The notes under the pieces were generated by a model that was not told the DNA's origin, made no database searches, and saw nothing but the letters and a program-made list of their open reading frames with translations. A program made the position numbers and the translations under genes. A stretch of 64,000 nucleotides of DNA from Cetorhinus maximus (Eukaryota), in contig NC_135896.1 of NCBI RefSeq assembly GCF_964194155.1, forward strand, positions 31,868,001-31,932,000, given 5' to 3'. Positions within the stretch are counted from its first letter, which is position 1, and each line of letters begins with the position of its first letter. Positions 1 through 11,830 of the stretch are shown here, in pieces.

Positions 1-642
1 GGCCCCTTTAGGAAGTCCATGGTGAAGCCCCTGTGCTTCGAAGGAGATGTTACTAATTTGTCAGGAGAGTGGGAACTCTGTAAATCGAGCTGACTCTGGA
101 ACGGATGGCTCATCATGGGCTTTTACTAGGAAAAAACTATAATTTTCTGCCTATTTACAGTGTACTATATTGAAGCACTTTAAGCATGGCATGGATTCAC
201 AAATAACAGCCATGGAGATGGTATCATCTTGCCACCACTACCTGCTAAAGATATTCTGCAGTAATGTAGAGAGCTGTTATGCCTCAGTGGATGAATGATG
301 AACAGCCCCATGGTCATCAGTGCATTCACTTGCCCTTTTGCCACCCATCTATCAGGATGCACCCACACAGCTGAGCCTTGACCAGGTCCCTCAGATCTGC
401 ACACTGCCATGCAGGAGTAAACCAGCGGGGCTGTCAGTGGTCACAGAGCACAGCGTGCTACATAGGAGCAACATACATGGCATCATCCATTTGCGCAAAG
501 CCATCTCCTCCAACACACCCTAATAGTAATCATTAATAATATGTTGGAAAAGGGTTAGTGCATGTAAGCACACAAAAGTGAATGAGAGCATTATAAGCTG
601 AATGGCTTACGACCCTTTTCTCCTTACTTTTATATTGACAGA

Positions 643-2568
643 ATGTCACACAGAAGAGACACTGGGGAAGGAATGGATCCAACTGCCCCAAGGTTCACAG
701 ATCATAGTCGATTATAGTCACAATATTAGTCGATAAGGTCCAGAGTAGGAGACCAGTCCTGTACCCTGCTGGTCGACACAATCCTCCAATCAGCATAAAG
801 AAGACCTGACTTTAAATTCCTGCTATGTTGAGTGCAACAGGATAGAACCAGAGCTGGATTCAGTGCCAGAAAAGGTTCAATGACCTGTTGCATTCCAGCA
901 AGGTAAGTAGCTTGGCCCATCCACACAGAAGTCTAAGTGAGAGGGTCATATCTACAAGCTGCAGCTAAGGTGCAAGACCTGGCACATACCTATACTATAG
1001 TATTGAGGCTTGTATGTGTAAGCTGCACATATATTTGCACACAGAACACATGTGACACATATCACAGATACAGTAAAGATAAATATCTCTGCATGCACCA
1101 TATATCAAGCTAACTCAAATTCATGTTGTCTTTGCAGTTGAAGAGGATGAAGAACGCCAAGGTGATGTCCCAGACTGGGGTAGGTCATCCTGGTTGCGAC
1201 CAATTAGACTGGTGGAGCAGATGGTCATAGAGATAGCATGGGTGCCTGAGTAGCTGTCTGTCGGTGATGGTGAATCGCTGGTAGCAGATGATAAAGACAG
1301 TGGTAAATACACCTTGGAACATGAGGTAATGGTGGAGATCATGACATCAGTTCACTAAGCACAAGGGGACATTGGCATAGGAGGTAGTGTAAGACTGGGG
1401 TTGATTCATGCAGGTAGCACAGGCATGGTTAAGGCAGTGGTGTGCATCACGCCATGCTTTCACAATGGGAAGGGCTAAAGCTAAATAACTCCTTTTGTGC
1501 CTCACACGGACCCCAGCTCCACTCCCTCACACCCCCCACCCACCTACCTCAGGGCCATATCATCCCCAGGCATCAAAAGGAGGAAGAGATGCCTGAGGAG
1601 GAGGCATCACGTCTGACTCACCCTCAATCCGTCAACTCAGATACTAGTGCATCAGAAGGATGTAGCACATGTGTAGAATCGATGGCCCAGGATGAAGGAC
1701 ACCACACCAGAATGCAGGAGGAGGTGTCTGACTCAGAGTCATCTGTGTACAGCCCCACTTGGAGGAAGGAAGAAAGTGATGATGATGATCCACTGGGCAG
1801 GAACATGGTGCATCAAGGGTTACCTTTTGGGGAACAATATTTGGACAATCAGCAGCAGATGTGTGGACATCTGGTGGAGTTCCCTGAGACAGTGGGAGCT
1901 CTAAGATTGTGAATGGAGGAGTCCATCACAGTCATGAGCTCCACATTATCCCAGGGGTTCAAACACATGAGCTCCAACCATGAGAGATTGGCCACTCTCA
2001 TGGAGAGACACATGCAGCAGCATTCGGAGATGATGCGAGAGCAGCGTTTCAGCCAAGAGAAGGTACAAACCTCCCTCAGTAGCCTGGGTCAGCCTGCTCA
2101 GAGTATGAGTGCTGATATCCACAGAACGCATGAGGAGCTGTGTACCTTTAACAGGGCAATAGCAACTGTTAGCACAGTGGTTGCTGGAATGACCGACTGC
2201 TGTGCACTGTTAGCCAACCCCATCAACCCCACCTGAAGGCCAACTCAGGGCTACGGAGGCCATTGAAGAGGGTGAAGGTATGGAGAGCTCCTCAGCATCC
2301 TCATCTTCTTCCACCTCCCCAGCCCCTCCGCCAGAGTACTTGGCTGCTCCACAGGTTCCAGTGACCACAGCTGCCCACGCAGAGATGCAGAGGCTGCAGG
2401 CTGAAGGAGGTCCCCTACGGGTGCCTGCATGACAAGGCTGGCCACCACGCTCCTCATGGCTGTGTATACTGAGAAGTGAGCAACTTGCCTCCATCTCCTC
2501 CAGGGCAACATGGGGGCACTTTGTAGGAGTGTGCACAAGTGCAGGGCACCGTCTTGGCTAAAGCATTA
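643..2568 (+). pseudogene. Harbinger Myb/SANT-like DNA-binding protein pseudogene (3 coding exons)
   Basis: Exon 1 (643-902) MSHRRDTGEGMDPTAPRFTD...SWIQCQKRFNDLLHSSK|gtaagt, preceded by a polypyrimidine tract and AG at 640-641. Exon 2 (1138-1302) tttgcag|LKRMKNAKVMSQTGVG. Exon 3 (~1510-2568) acidic and coiled-coil (MEESITVMSSTLSQGF). Stops and frameshifts present. Confidence 0.8.
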
Positions 2569-3631
2569 ATGGGTTCACCATGGTTACATGTTTCAATCTG
2601 TAAATATCACAACTGAGCACTTTTTGAAATATACATCCATACACCCATAGATCTTCTGGTCTGTGAAAACTACAAAACTCAATTACTATTGCGGAAGGTG
2701 GCATGCTGAGATTCATCTCATATTGACATCATCTGGAGCAAGGGTATGGCCAGATTTGTGAGGCAATGGCAGGCTTCTTCCTTTTCTGATCTTTCATGTA
2801 AGGTTGCAATGTTCAAAGGCTCAAGGGCTGAGATTCTCCTTGCATCATTCATTATTCATCTATGCTTGACTTTAAGGAAAGCTCAATGATCAGACTCCAT
2901 GAATAGATGGAGATCAGCCGGTGCATCTCAAGCATGAGTGCTGGGTGCAAGGTAGTCATCCTTACGTCAGTGTTATGCATTGGCCTCGGCGTAAGCATCG
3001 CAAGTTGAGATGCCATGAATGCTCCAAGGAATATTGCTTGTCTGCTGTCTCCACTACTTTGGATGCCCTTGCATTCCACGTGGCAGAGGTTGCTGGTTTG
3101 TGAGGGAAGCCGAGGTGTGTGGAAGCCAGGAAGGTTGCATGTGGCACCCACTGGAAAAACTAGACCATTGGGCGGAATGTATGCCGCACAAGTTCATTCA
3201 AAAAGATGGTGTTGAAAAGTTGTGGCCTCACCCTGCCTTTTATGCACATATGTAGGCAAATATAATCATATCAATATGCAATGGCACTCTCAGCATTGAG
3301 GACATGGTTTCAGTGTGCACAGGGTGTCGGCTTTGGCACCTCATTTATAGCCACTGGTGTTTATATGAGGAGCCCAGGTTGTGAAGGGCTTCTTATCATG
3401 TGAGTTTGTAATATGGCGAAGTTAATGTTATGATGGTGAGGGTTGTAGCCATTTTAACGTAACTGAGTCAAACTCATTGATATTGTATTTCTCCCTTGTC
3501 ATGGATGGGCATTCCCTTGAGTAAGCGTGGCTTCCACATAAAGGGTTTTTTAGTTGGACGTTGCTCGCCAGAGATTGGCTGATGACAAGTGTGAGATAAG
3601 AGGACCTTATGTGAAACTATTTTGCACAAGG

Positions 3632-4850
3632 ATGCGTTTGGTGATGACCCCTTCGTGCGCAGAGTCAGCAGTCGGAGGACAGAGTGAGTGCACAAGATCA
3701 GAAGGAAGAGGCAGCGCCACACACACCAGGAAGGAGGAGGAGGAGGAGAGGGAGAACAACCTGGTGGGAAGGGTGTACTGACTTCAGATGTCATACCACA
3801 ACATGATGGGGAACCAATGCCAAAGGCAACTGAAATTAAGCTGTGAAGTGGTCACCGACATAAGTTGCATGGTCCAACAGTGACTAGAACCAGACTCCAT
3901 CATCCCCATGCCCTTGCAATGGCTGCATCTGTTAACTGTGGCTCTCAAGTTTTATTTCTCAGGCTGTTTCCAGGGCTCAGCAGGAGACCTGTCTGGAATA
4001 TCCCAGTCAACAGCACCCGGCTGTATTAAGGCAGTAGCTGATGCCCTGTTTCTTGTGTGGGGGTGGGGATATTAATTTCCCTGTATATTTGTTGTCATAG
4101 ACACAGAGAATCAAGGCTTTTTCCCAATTAGCAGGCTTCCTTCAGGTACAGGGTGTCATTGATTGCACCCATGTGGCCATAAAGGCTCCAACGCAACATT
4201 CGGATACTGTCAATGGAAAATTCTTCCACTCATGCAATGTCCAGTAAGCTTGTGACCACAACGTTTTCCTTCAAGTGTGTGCCAGGTTCCCTGGAGCTGC
4301 CATAACTCCTTCATATTGAGGAGTTCCCAACTCCCTCAGCTACTTCAGCCACTTTCACAGATCCATGGTAAGCTTCTAGGGCACAAGGCCTACCCTTAAG
4401 AACCTGGTTAATGACCCCTATTATGACTCCTCAAACTGAGGCAGACTGTAACTACAACAGCAGCTATGTTATCACAATGAGTACAATCGAGCAGGCCACT
4501 GCCCTTCTAAAAATGTGCTTCAGGTGCCTCAATCGCTCAGGTGGAGTCCTGCAGTAATCCCCAGCAAGGGTACCCAGAATAGTAGTGGGGTACTGCATGC
4601 TGCACGATATCATGCAGCAGAAGGGCCTACAATTCAAAGAGGAAGATGCCATAGGCAGAACTCCAACCTTTGAGGGGAAGGATGATGAGGAAGATGAGGA
4701 TGAGGAGGAGGAAGCCCCTGTCCATTCTAATGATGCTGAAATGGAGGAGGATGAGGAGGCTGCTAATGGCAAAGCAGCTGGGAGGCATGGCCATGTAACC
4801 AGGGCTGACTCGGTGCAAGAGGAAATCATCGTATATCGGCGACCACTTCA
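3632..4850 (+). pseudogene. HARBI1-like (DDE_Tnp_4) Harbinger transposase pseudogene
   Basis: Motifs across frames: GRVY*LQMSY, VALKFYFSGCFQGSAGDLSGISQS, VQGVIDCTHVAIKAP, VCARFPG, EQATALLKMCFRCLNRSGGVLQ, IVVGYCMLHDI, then an acidic tail. Many stops and frameshifts. Confidence 0.9.
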
Positions 4851-4896
4851 CGGCTTAATCTCAGTTGCCTTTGTCACTGGTTTTCTGTTATATTGA

Positions 4897-5170
4897 GGTA
4901 TTGACATCTGAAGTCAGTACACCCTTCCCACCAGGTTGTTCTCCCTGTCACCCTCCTTCCTGGTGTGCACGACGCTCCCTCTTCCTCCTGATCTTGTGCA
5001 CTCGCTGCGCCCTCCAGCTACTCACGTTGACTTGCTTCTATGGCCTCTGTGTGACAGTACCATGCCCATCTTGTATCTTCCTTGGCACAAACGGAATGGT
5101 CTCTTCTTAAGCACAATTTTCTTTCTGCCACCAGGGTGCACGAGTCAGTAGGGGGTTAACAAAAAGCCCC
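4897..5170 (-). repeat. Inverted copy of the transposase 5' region (pairs with ~3540-3797)
   Basis: gacatctgaagtcagtacacccttcccaccaggttgttctccct (4903-4946) is the reverse complement of ~3749-3792; weaker similarity extends outward. Confidence 0.85.
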
Positions 5171-8067
5171 GCCAAGTCCAGCAGCCCCACCCTCCTACTC
5201 CCTTGGGTTAAAGCCAGAAAGTTGCCATTGTATATTTACCATTTCTGGGGCAGTTAATACATCTTTAGAGCAAATTCCAAAGGGGCGCCCACACCTCTCC
5301 AAAAGGGTACCCCAGCAACCCAAACAAATTCATAAAGTTCAGACCTGCTCCTACCAGGTCTAATCTGTGCACGTTCCACGCACCTAGGGCACCAAAATCA
5401 GGTGTAAGTGGAGGCAGCTGCTGATTCACGTGGGCAGCTGCCTCCACAAAACACGCAGGTGCGAAATATGACCCGCCTCCATTACCCACCACCCCCCCCC
5501 CGCAAAAATGATAGGTGCTGTGTTAGGGGGCGGGACTTCCAGGTTTCGGCCTCTCCTGCCATTTTCACAATGACGGAGGCTCTCTGCTGTTACAAAAATC
5601 ATGGCTTTAGGTTGGAGTTCAATTAGGTCCCTAGAATTCTTTCAGCTTCATCTTTGGCTATTTCAACATTATTCATGGAATACCTGTGCAGCCTGTTTTT
5701 CTTTCCCCTGTGAAAAATGTTACACCTGTCCTCATTAAACTTCATTTCCCATTTTACTGTCTATTGATATATTTTGTCCAACTCAATCTGTATGCTCTGA
5801 GTTTTCTAATATTGCACTCTTACCACATTCCTCCACCATCCCACCGTCAACACTTTTCATTAAGTTCTTGAATTCAGGCCATTTATGTAAATTAGAAATG
5901 GTAGTCCAAAAATCAGCCCTGAGGCACCCAAGTCAGTATCCCCCCTCACTCTAAAGTAATTCCTCTAACAAGTACTCATTGCTTTTACACACTGCCAATC
6001 CCTCATTCGTTCACAGGGTTTACCATAATTCCCCAAGGCTAGATTTTAATTAATAGCCTTTCATGTGGAACTTAATGCTAAATCACTTCTGAAGCTGCAG
6101 ATTTCCTTTCACTTACGTATTTACCAATTCCCCAGCCTACATCCTATCAAGATGTTCACATACAACTATACAGTTTACTTTTAACTCAGAGGTTTTTGGG
6201 CCTTGTCATTTTATTTTTAGTTGGCAAAAGAGTGAATAGAGAAGGCAGTGATATAAGACACTCTCACTGAGGTGTTTCTGTTGTTAATTGTTGTGGCTAC
6301 TTTGGTCTGTCTACTGACACTGCATTGAAGGATTGATTTTTGTTCAGTTCATATCGAAGATAACACATAAACGCTCAACAGAGCCTGGAAAAAAATAACA
6401 TGAGTCTCAGAATGGACTAATTCCACTGTCACCAATGTAAGGAATCATGTATTCTTCAGAGGAATCCCCTTGGTTTCCAACACAGCAAAATGCCTATCCA
6501 CACCGATCTGGGCTCAAATGGACAATGTGTACGTCTGCACTCAAGGGTCTTGTAAATTCAATTTTTAAAAAGTAATATATAGTTTCAAAATAAACACTTT
6601 TCCAAAAGTGATCTACTGTGAAAAATGTACCATTTACAGTATTTACCTGTGCAGTTAACTTCTTTTACAGATATATCTGTGGCACATTTATAAATGTTTA
6701 TAGATCATACATTAAAATAAACAATAAAAGTCACATGCCAAGTTTCATTGGACATAGCATTCTGAAGTACAGCAAGAAAGTGAAATCTGAGATACCCATT
6801 TCATCTTCTTGCCCAGTCTAGCTAACTGTAAACCATAGCAATTACATTAATAAATCATTTTTGAAAAATAATCACTATAAAATTCAACCATGGAAATTAA
6901 TCTGCAGATAAAAGGGAGGCATTCTGCATTCTCCAGATGATCAATATATGATTAGACTTTAAAGTGCATAACTGAAGAAAATGCCACATTGAGTTTTACA
7001 CTGATTCAGATCAAAACCACATCTTATTGTTTGTGTCCTTTAAACTGTAAGAAGTCAGTCATTATACATTCAGCGTTTGTAGATAATTAGCAAATTCTCC
7101 ACAGTGTCTATAATGGATGCAGCAGCCTGGATTGAGAGGAGCTGCAGACATAAAAGACTCACTCCTTGTTTTGTGACCACAAATATCAATGCTCAGGGCA
7201 AACATGTTTCTTACCACTCAATCAGCATGTCAAAAAGAGAATTGATTTTCTTTTTCCTAGCTACTTACTGATGCTTAGCAGTAACAGGATATTCAGTAAC
7301 TTCTAGATGCTATGATAAAATGTTGTGCTTTTCCTATTTAAGCATATTCATTGGAAAGAGCAAAAGGCTGTGCCACATTGCTTCAGTCATCAGATTGCTT
7401 TTCTGTGAAATTTTATAAACTTAGCTCAGAAAAAACATATGATGCATCTTTCCTGGGTTAATTTTAACCATCCCCAAAATGCAAAACAGATTATTTTAAA
7501 ATAAGAGAAGCTTGAAACCGAACTTAAGCAAAAAATAGTTAACAGCATATTCCTGAATAAGGTCATAGCCCTCAGTACTCACTTTTCAGCTGCAGTAGAA
7601 TCAATAGAAATATCTGAAATAGATTACAACCTTGTAACTCCCAATAGTTTGTTGCAATTTTGTACGATACATCAGTTGATGAGAATGTAGCTGTGCACTT
7701 TTGCAAATGGCTGCAATTGGTGAAATCTAGCACACTGGAATAATAGCTTGGACACCAGCTTTTCACCTCAGATTCTCAGAGTGGAATTTATTATTGCCTG
7801 TTTTCAGGCATCTGCCCCAAGCAGGAGACTCGAGGCCTTGGAGCCTCATTTCGAAGCTTTGTGCATCTATGTGCTTGACGCACTTTCCAGACATTCAACT
7901 TTAGGTTGCTTGCCACATTTGCAGAGGAAAGTGGACAGAGAATGGGGAAGCAATTCCAGGCTGACAGTGGTTCTCAGGGATGGAGTATATCTGGAATGAG
8001 CACACTCCCTGCTTCTTCCAATTCCAATCAGCACCAGCCAATTTAGGAGGAGAAGCCTAGGCGCTTG

Positions 8068-8190
8068 GATGAACTAAACTTGCAGGACTACAGGGATAGA
8101 ACGAGGGAATGGGACTGACTGGGTCGCTCTACAGAGAATCGGTATGCACTCAATGAGCAGAAGGCCACCTTCTGTGCCGTGATGACACTA
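8068..8190 (+). mobile_element. CR1-type LINE 3' end fragment
   Basis: Typical 3' UTR (cagggatagaacgagggaatgggactgactgg...aaggccaccttctgtgccgtgatgac) whose tgactcta tail resumes after the MITE at 8529. Confidence 0.6.
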
Positions 8191-8528
8191 GAGCAGGATT
8201 TTTGTTTGAGGGTCAGAACCCTGACAACAGGGTCATTTCTGGGTCCCGACCCACACTCACCATAATTTTTGTTGGCTTATCCAATTAAAGGCCAGAGGGC
8301 CCTCTTGCAGTTCAGTTAAGGATGGTGGGCAGGCTCCCGATACAGGAGAACCAATAAGAGGTGCAGGAGAATTGCCTCAATTGGCTAGCTTTTGCTTGTG
8401 GGTGAATAGCCATCTCACACCCGATCCAGCCCCCTTACAAATGACCCAGAAGCGGGCTCATGCCAGCAAATTCAGTGATGTGAAACTCCAGGCCTGTCCT
8501 CCCTCCAGGGTCTGTCAAAATTCTGCCC
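8191..8528. mobile_element. Short Harbinger-type MITE
   Basis: TIRs gagcaggatttt and aaaattctgccc; probable CTA TSD; inserted in a LINE tail. Confidence 0.7.
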
Positions 8529-8559
8529 TATGACTCTAGGACAGGCGTTGGAGCCCTTA

Positions 8560-8755
8560 ATTGTGTCTGACATTGAAAAGAATTTGAAAGTAATGATGTT
8601 TCCACAAAATATCTGTTCTTCCCTATCTCAGAAATAGGAGTCATAGGGAAAAAAAGGTGCTGTCGAAGGAACCTTGGTGAATTGTTACAGTGCATTCTTT
8701 ATATATGTTGTACATACTGAGGCCACAGTTCATTTTGGCAGCATGAGGTGAACAT
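8560..8755 (-). mobile_element. Old fragment of the 14408-17655 LINE family, split by the CR1 insertion (continues 11255-11470)
   Basis: ggtgctgtcgaaggaaccttggtgaattg matches ~14710-14740; 11270-11465 matches ~14873-15085. Confidence 0.65.
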
Positions 8756-8759
8756 TGTG

Positions 8760-11250
8760 TCCGAAAGATTGATAAGGAAGGAAACTTTAGAGTGCAAGGG
8801 AAAGCTAGCTAGAAATATAAAGCCAGATAGTAAGAGTTTCTATAGATACTTAGAAAAGAAGGGAATTATCAAAGTGAGCGTTGGATCTACAGAAAATGAG
8901 TCTGGGGAATTAATAATGGAAAATAAGGATACAAGTAACATCCCGGAAATAACTGTAAATCAGGGAATGGAAGGGAGGGAGGAACTCGGGAAAATTACAG
9001 TAACCAGGGATGCGGCACTGAGAAAATTGTTGGAGCTGCGGGCTGACAAGTCCCCGGGTCCTGAGGGACTTCATCCTAGATTCTCAAGAGAAGCGGCTAG
9101 TGAGATAGTCGATGCATTGGTTTTAATTTTCCAAAATTCCCTCTATTCAGGGAAGGTTCCATTAGATCGGAAAATAGAGAAGGTGACTCCTTTATTTAAA
9201 AAGGGAGGAAGACAGAAAGCAGGAAACTACAGGGCAGTTAACTTAACATCTGTCGTAGGAAAAAATGTTAGAAGCTACTATAAAGGACATTATAGCATGG
9301 CACTTGAAAAACTTCAAGGTAATCAAGCAGAGTCAACATGGTTTTCTGCAAGGGGAATCATATTTAATCAATTTATTGGTGTTCTTTGAAGAAGTAATGT
9401 GCTGTGGATAAAAGGGAATCGGTGGATGTACTAGATTTAGATTTCCAGAAGGCGTTTGATAAGGTGCCACATCAAAGATTATTGCAAAAAATAAAAGCTC
9501 ATGATGTAAGAGGTAACATATTGGTATGGATAGAAGAATGGCTGGCTAACAGGAATCAGAGAGTAGGCATAAGTCCCTAGCTGGCAAAGTGTAACACTTG
9601 GTGTGCCATAGGGATCAGTGCTAGGACCTCAAATTTATACAATTATATAAGTGACTTGGATGAAGGGACTGAAGGTATGGTTGCTAAATTTGCTGATGAC
9701 ATAAAGATAGGTAGGATAGTAAGCCGTGAAGAGACATAAGGAGGCTACAGAGAGATATCGATAGGTTAAGTAAGTGGGCAAAGACCTGGCAAATGGAGTA
9801 TAACGTGGGAAAGTGGGAAATTGTCCATTTGGGAAGGAAAAATAAAAAAAGAAGCTTATTATCTAAATGGCGAGAGATTGCAGAGCTCTGAGATGCAGAG
9901 GGAATTACGAGGGGAATTGAATACAAAAGTAGGCAGGTTATGCATCAGTTAAACAGAGACCACATCTGGAGCATTGTGTACAATATTAGTCTCCTTATTT
10001 AAGGAAGGATATAAATGCGTCGGAAGCAGTTCAGAGAAGATTTACTAAACTTACACCTGCATTGGGCAGGTGTCATATGAGGAAAGGTTGGACAGACTAA
10101 GCTTGTATCCACTGGAGTTTAGAAGAGTAAGAGGTGACTTGATTGAAACATATAGGCCTGAATTTTCCCGTCGGCGATTTGGGGTTGGGGCCCACTCGCC
10201 GACGGGAAAATGACGCGGGATAACATCGGGAGGAACCCCTGACGTCATCCCGGTCCATTTAAATATTCAGGAAGGCGGGCGGACAGTGAAATCAGCTGTC
10301 CACCCGCTGACCTGTCAATGGCCAATTAAGGCCATTGACAGGATCATTAAGGTAATTAAAGGCCCTGCCCGTCCAACCTTAAGGCTGGTGGACAGGCCAA
10401 GAGCCCCAGCGGGCTTCTGATAAAACATGAAACCTCATCCACTGGCGGGGTGAGGTTTCATGTCCGTTTTAAAAATCTTAAATAAACTTTATGTGAGATT
10501 TATTAACATGTCCCATCTCATGTGACATTGTCACATGAGGGGGACATGTAAATTTTTTTTATTTTTCTATTTTGACACTTTGAAGCACTGTCAGTGATCT
10601 CCCTGAGACAGCGCTTAGTCTCAGGGAGCAGTGCGCTCTTTCGTGCGCATGCGCGAAAGAACCCACTTTGACAGTTGGGGAATCCCTCCCCCCGGCACAG
10701 GAAGCGCATTGGGCTTCCTGTCGGGCAGACCACTGGGCAGGCCTTAATTGGCCCGCCCACTTAAAATGGCGGCGGGGCCCACTTCGGCGGCGGAGTTCAG
10801 CTGTCCGCCCACCGCCAAGCCGGTGGGGCCCGCCCGCCAACCTAGGGCAAAATTCTGCCCATAGATCCTGAGGGGTCTTGACAGGGTTGATGTGGAAAGG
10901 GTGTTTCCTCTTGTGGGAGAATCTAGTACTAGGGGCCACTGTTTAAAAATAAGGTGTTGCCCATTTATGACAGAGATGAGGAGATTTTTTTTTCTCTCAA
11001 AGGGTTGTGAGTCTTTGGAACTCTCCCGCAAAAAGCGGTGGAAGCAGAGTCTTTGAATATTTTTAAGGCAGAGGTAGATAGATTCTTGATAAGCAAGGGG
11101 ATGATAGGTTATCAGGGGTAGGCAGAAATGTAGAGTTGAGGTTACAATCAGATCGGCCATGATCTGATTGAATGATGGGGCAGGTTCGAAGGGCCGAGTG
11201 GCCTACTCCTGCTCCTAATTTGCATGTTTTTACCTATGTATGTATGTATG
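8760..11250 (+). mobile_element. 5'-truncated CR1 LINE (RT region), interrupted by a MITE
   Basis: KSPGPEGLHPR, VTPLFKKGGRQKAGNYRAVNLTSVVGK, DFQKAFDKVPH, GVP*GSVLGP, KFADD, WQMEYNVGK; 3' end gcctactcctgctcct followed by (tatg)n. Confidence 0.92.
10155..10860 (+). mobile_element. Harbinger MITE (~706 bp)
   Basis: TIRs ggcctgaatttt and aaaattctgccc; ATA TSD at 10152-10154 and 10861-10863; CR1 sequence is continuous across the empty site. Confidence 0.92.
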
Positions 11251-11624
11251 CGTCCAGTGCGTACTATTGCAGCTGCACTCATTCAGGCTAGTTGCGAATA
11301 TTCCATCAGACTCCTTGTGAACAATGGAGGGACTTTGAGGGTGAGGAAATAAGCCGCTCATCACAGAGTACTCAGCCTCAGCCCTGCCCTTGTAGTTAAA
11401 GTAGTGATAAGGCTGGTCCAGTTCAGTTTTTCGGCCAGTGGTGACCCCCAAAGTGTTGACAGTTGGGACTCACAATAGAATAAAGCAAACTCAAGGCCTT
11501 ACAACACACATTCGACACTCTAGTATAGCTTTTCAAATGCTATCCCTCCACATGAGACAATTGTTAATGGGACTGTGGCCAGAAGAGGACCGTGTGCATT
11601 TTCTGATTTCAACTATATTTGCAA

Positions 11625-11830
11625 ACGGGATGCTATAATTGGCCTCAGGCTAAGTGAAAGGAAAATCAGCCATTAAACCCTGTTCCTGATTCCTAAGGAT
11701 TGACAAATTCTGGATGTGAGCATGAGAACGATCATGTGGACAGAATCAAGGCTCAACTCTATTGCTCTCCCAATCTAGTGTTAACATTCACTGTTTAGGC
11801 TTCCAGGTGTAAGATGGGCAGTTGGTGCCT
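11625..11830 (+). repeat. Ancient SINE-like repeat fragment (same family as 62270-62580)
   Basis: gatgctataattggcctcagg...aaaccctgttcctgatt...gtggacagaatcaaggctc aligns loosely with the reverse complement of ~62350-62510. Family name not established. Confidence 0.45.

Larger units (their letters stand above)
600..5630 (+). mobile_element. Degenerate PIF/Harbinger DNA transposon A (Myb-like gene then transposase, tandem orientation)
   Basis: Contains a Myb/SANT pseudogene and a HARBI1-like transposase pseudogene. A TIR-like end (caattaggtccc) lies near 5620-5630. Left end not identified; boundaries approximate. Confidence 0.75.

Noticed and set aside
2921-3290. Faint resemblance of the Cys/His-rich plus frame to adenoviral E4 34K motifs
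   Set aside because: Only a few residues matched by eye; not supportable without a profile search.
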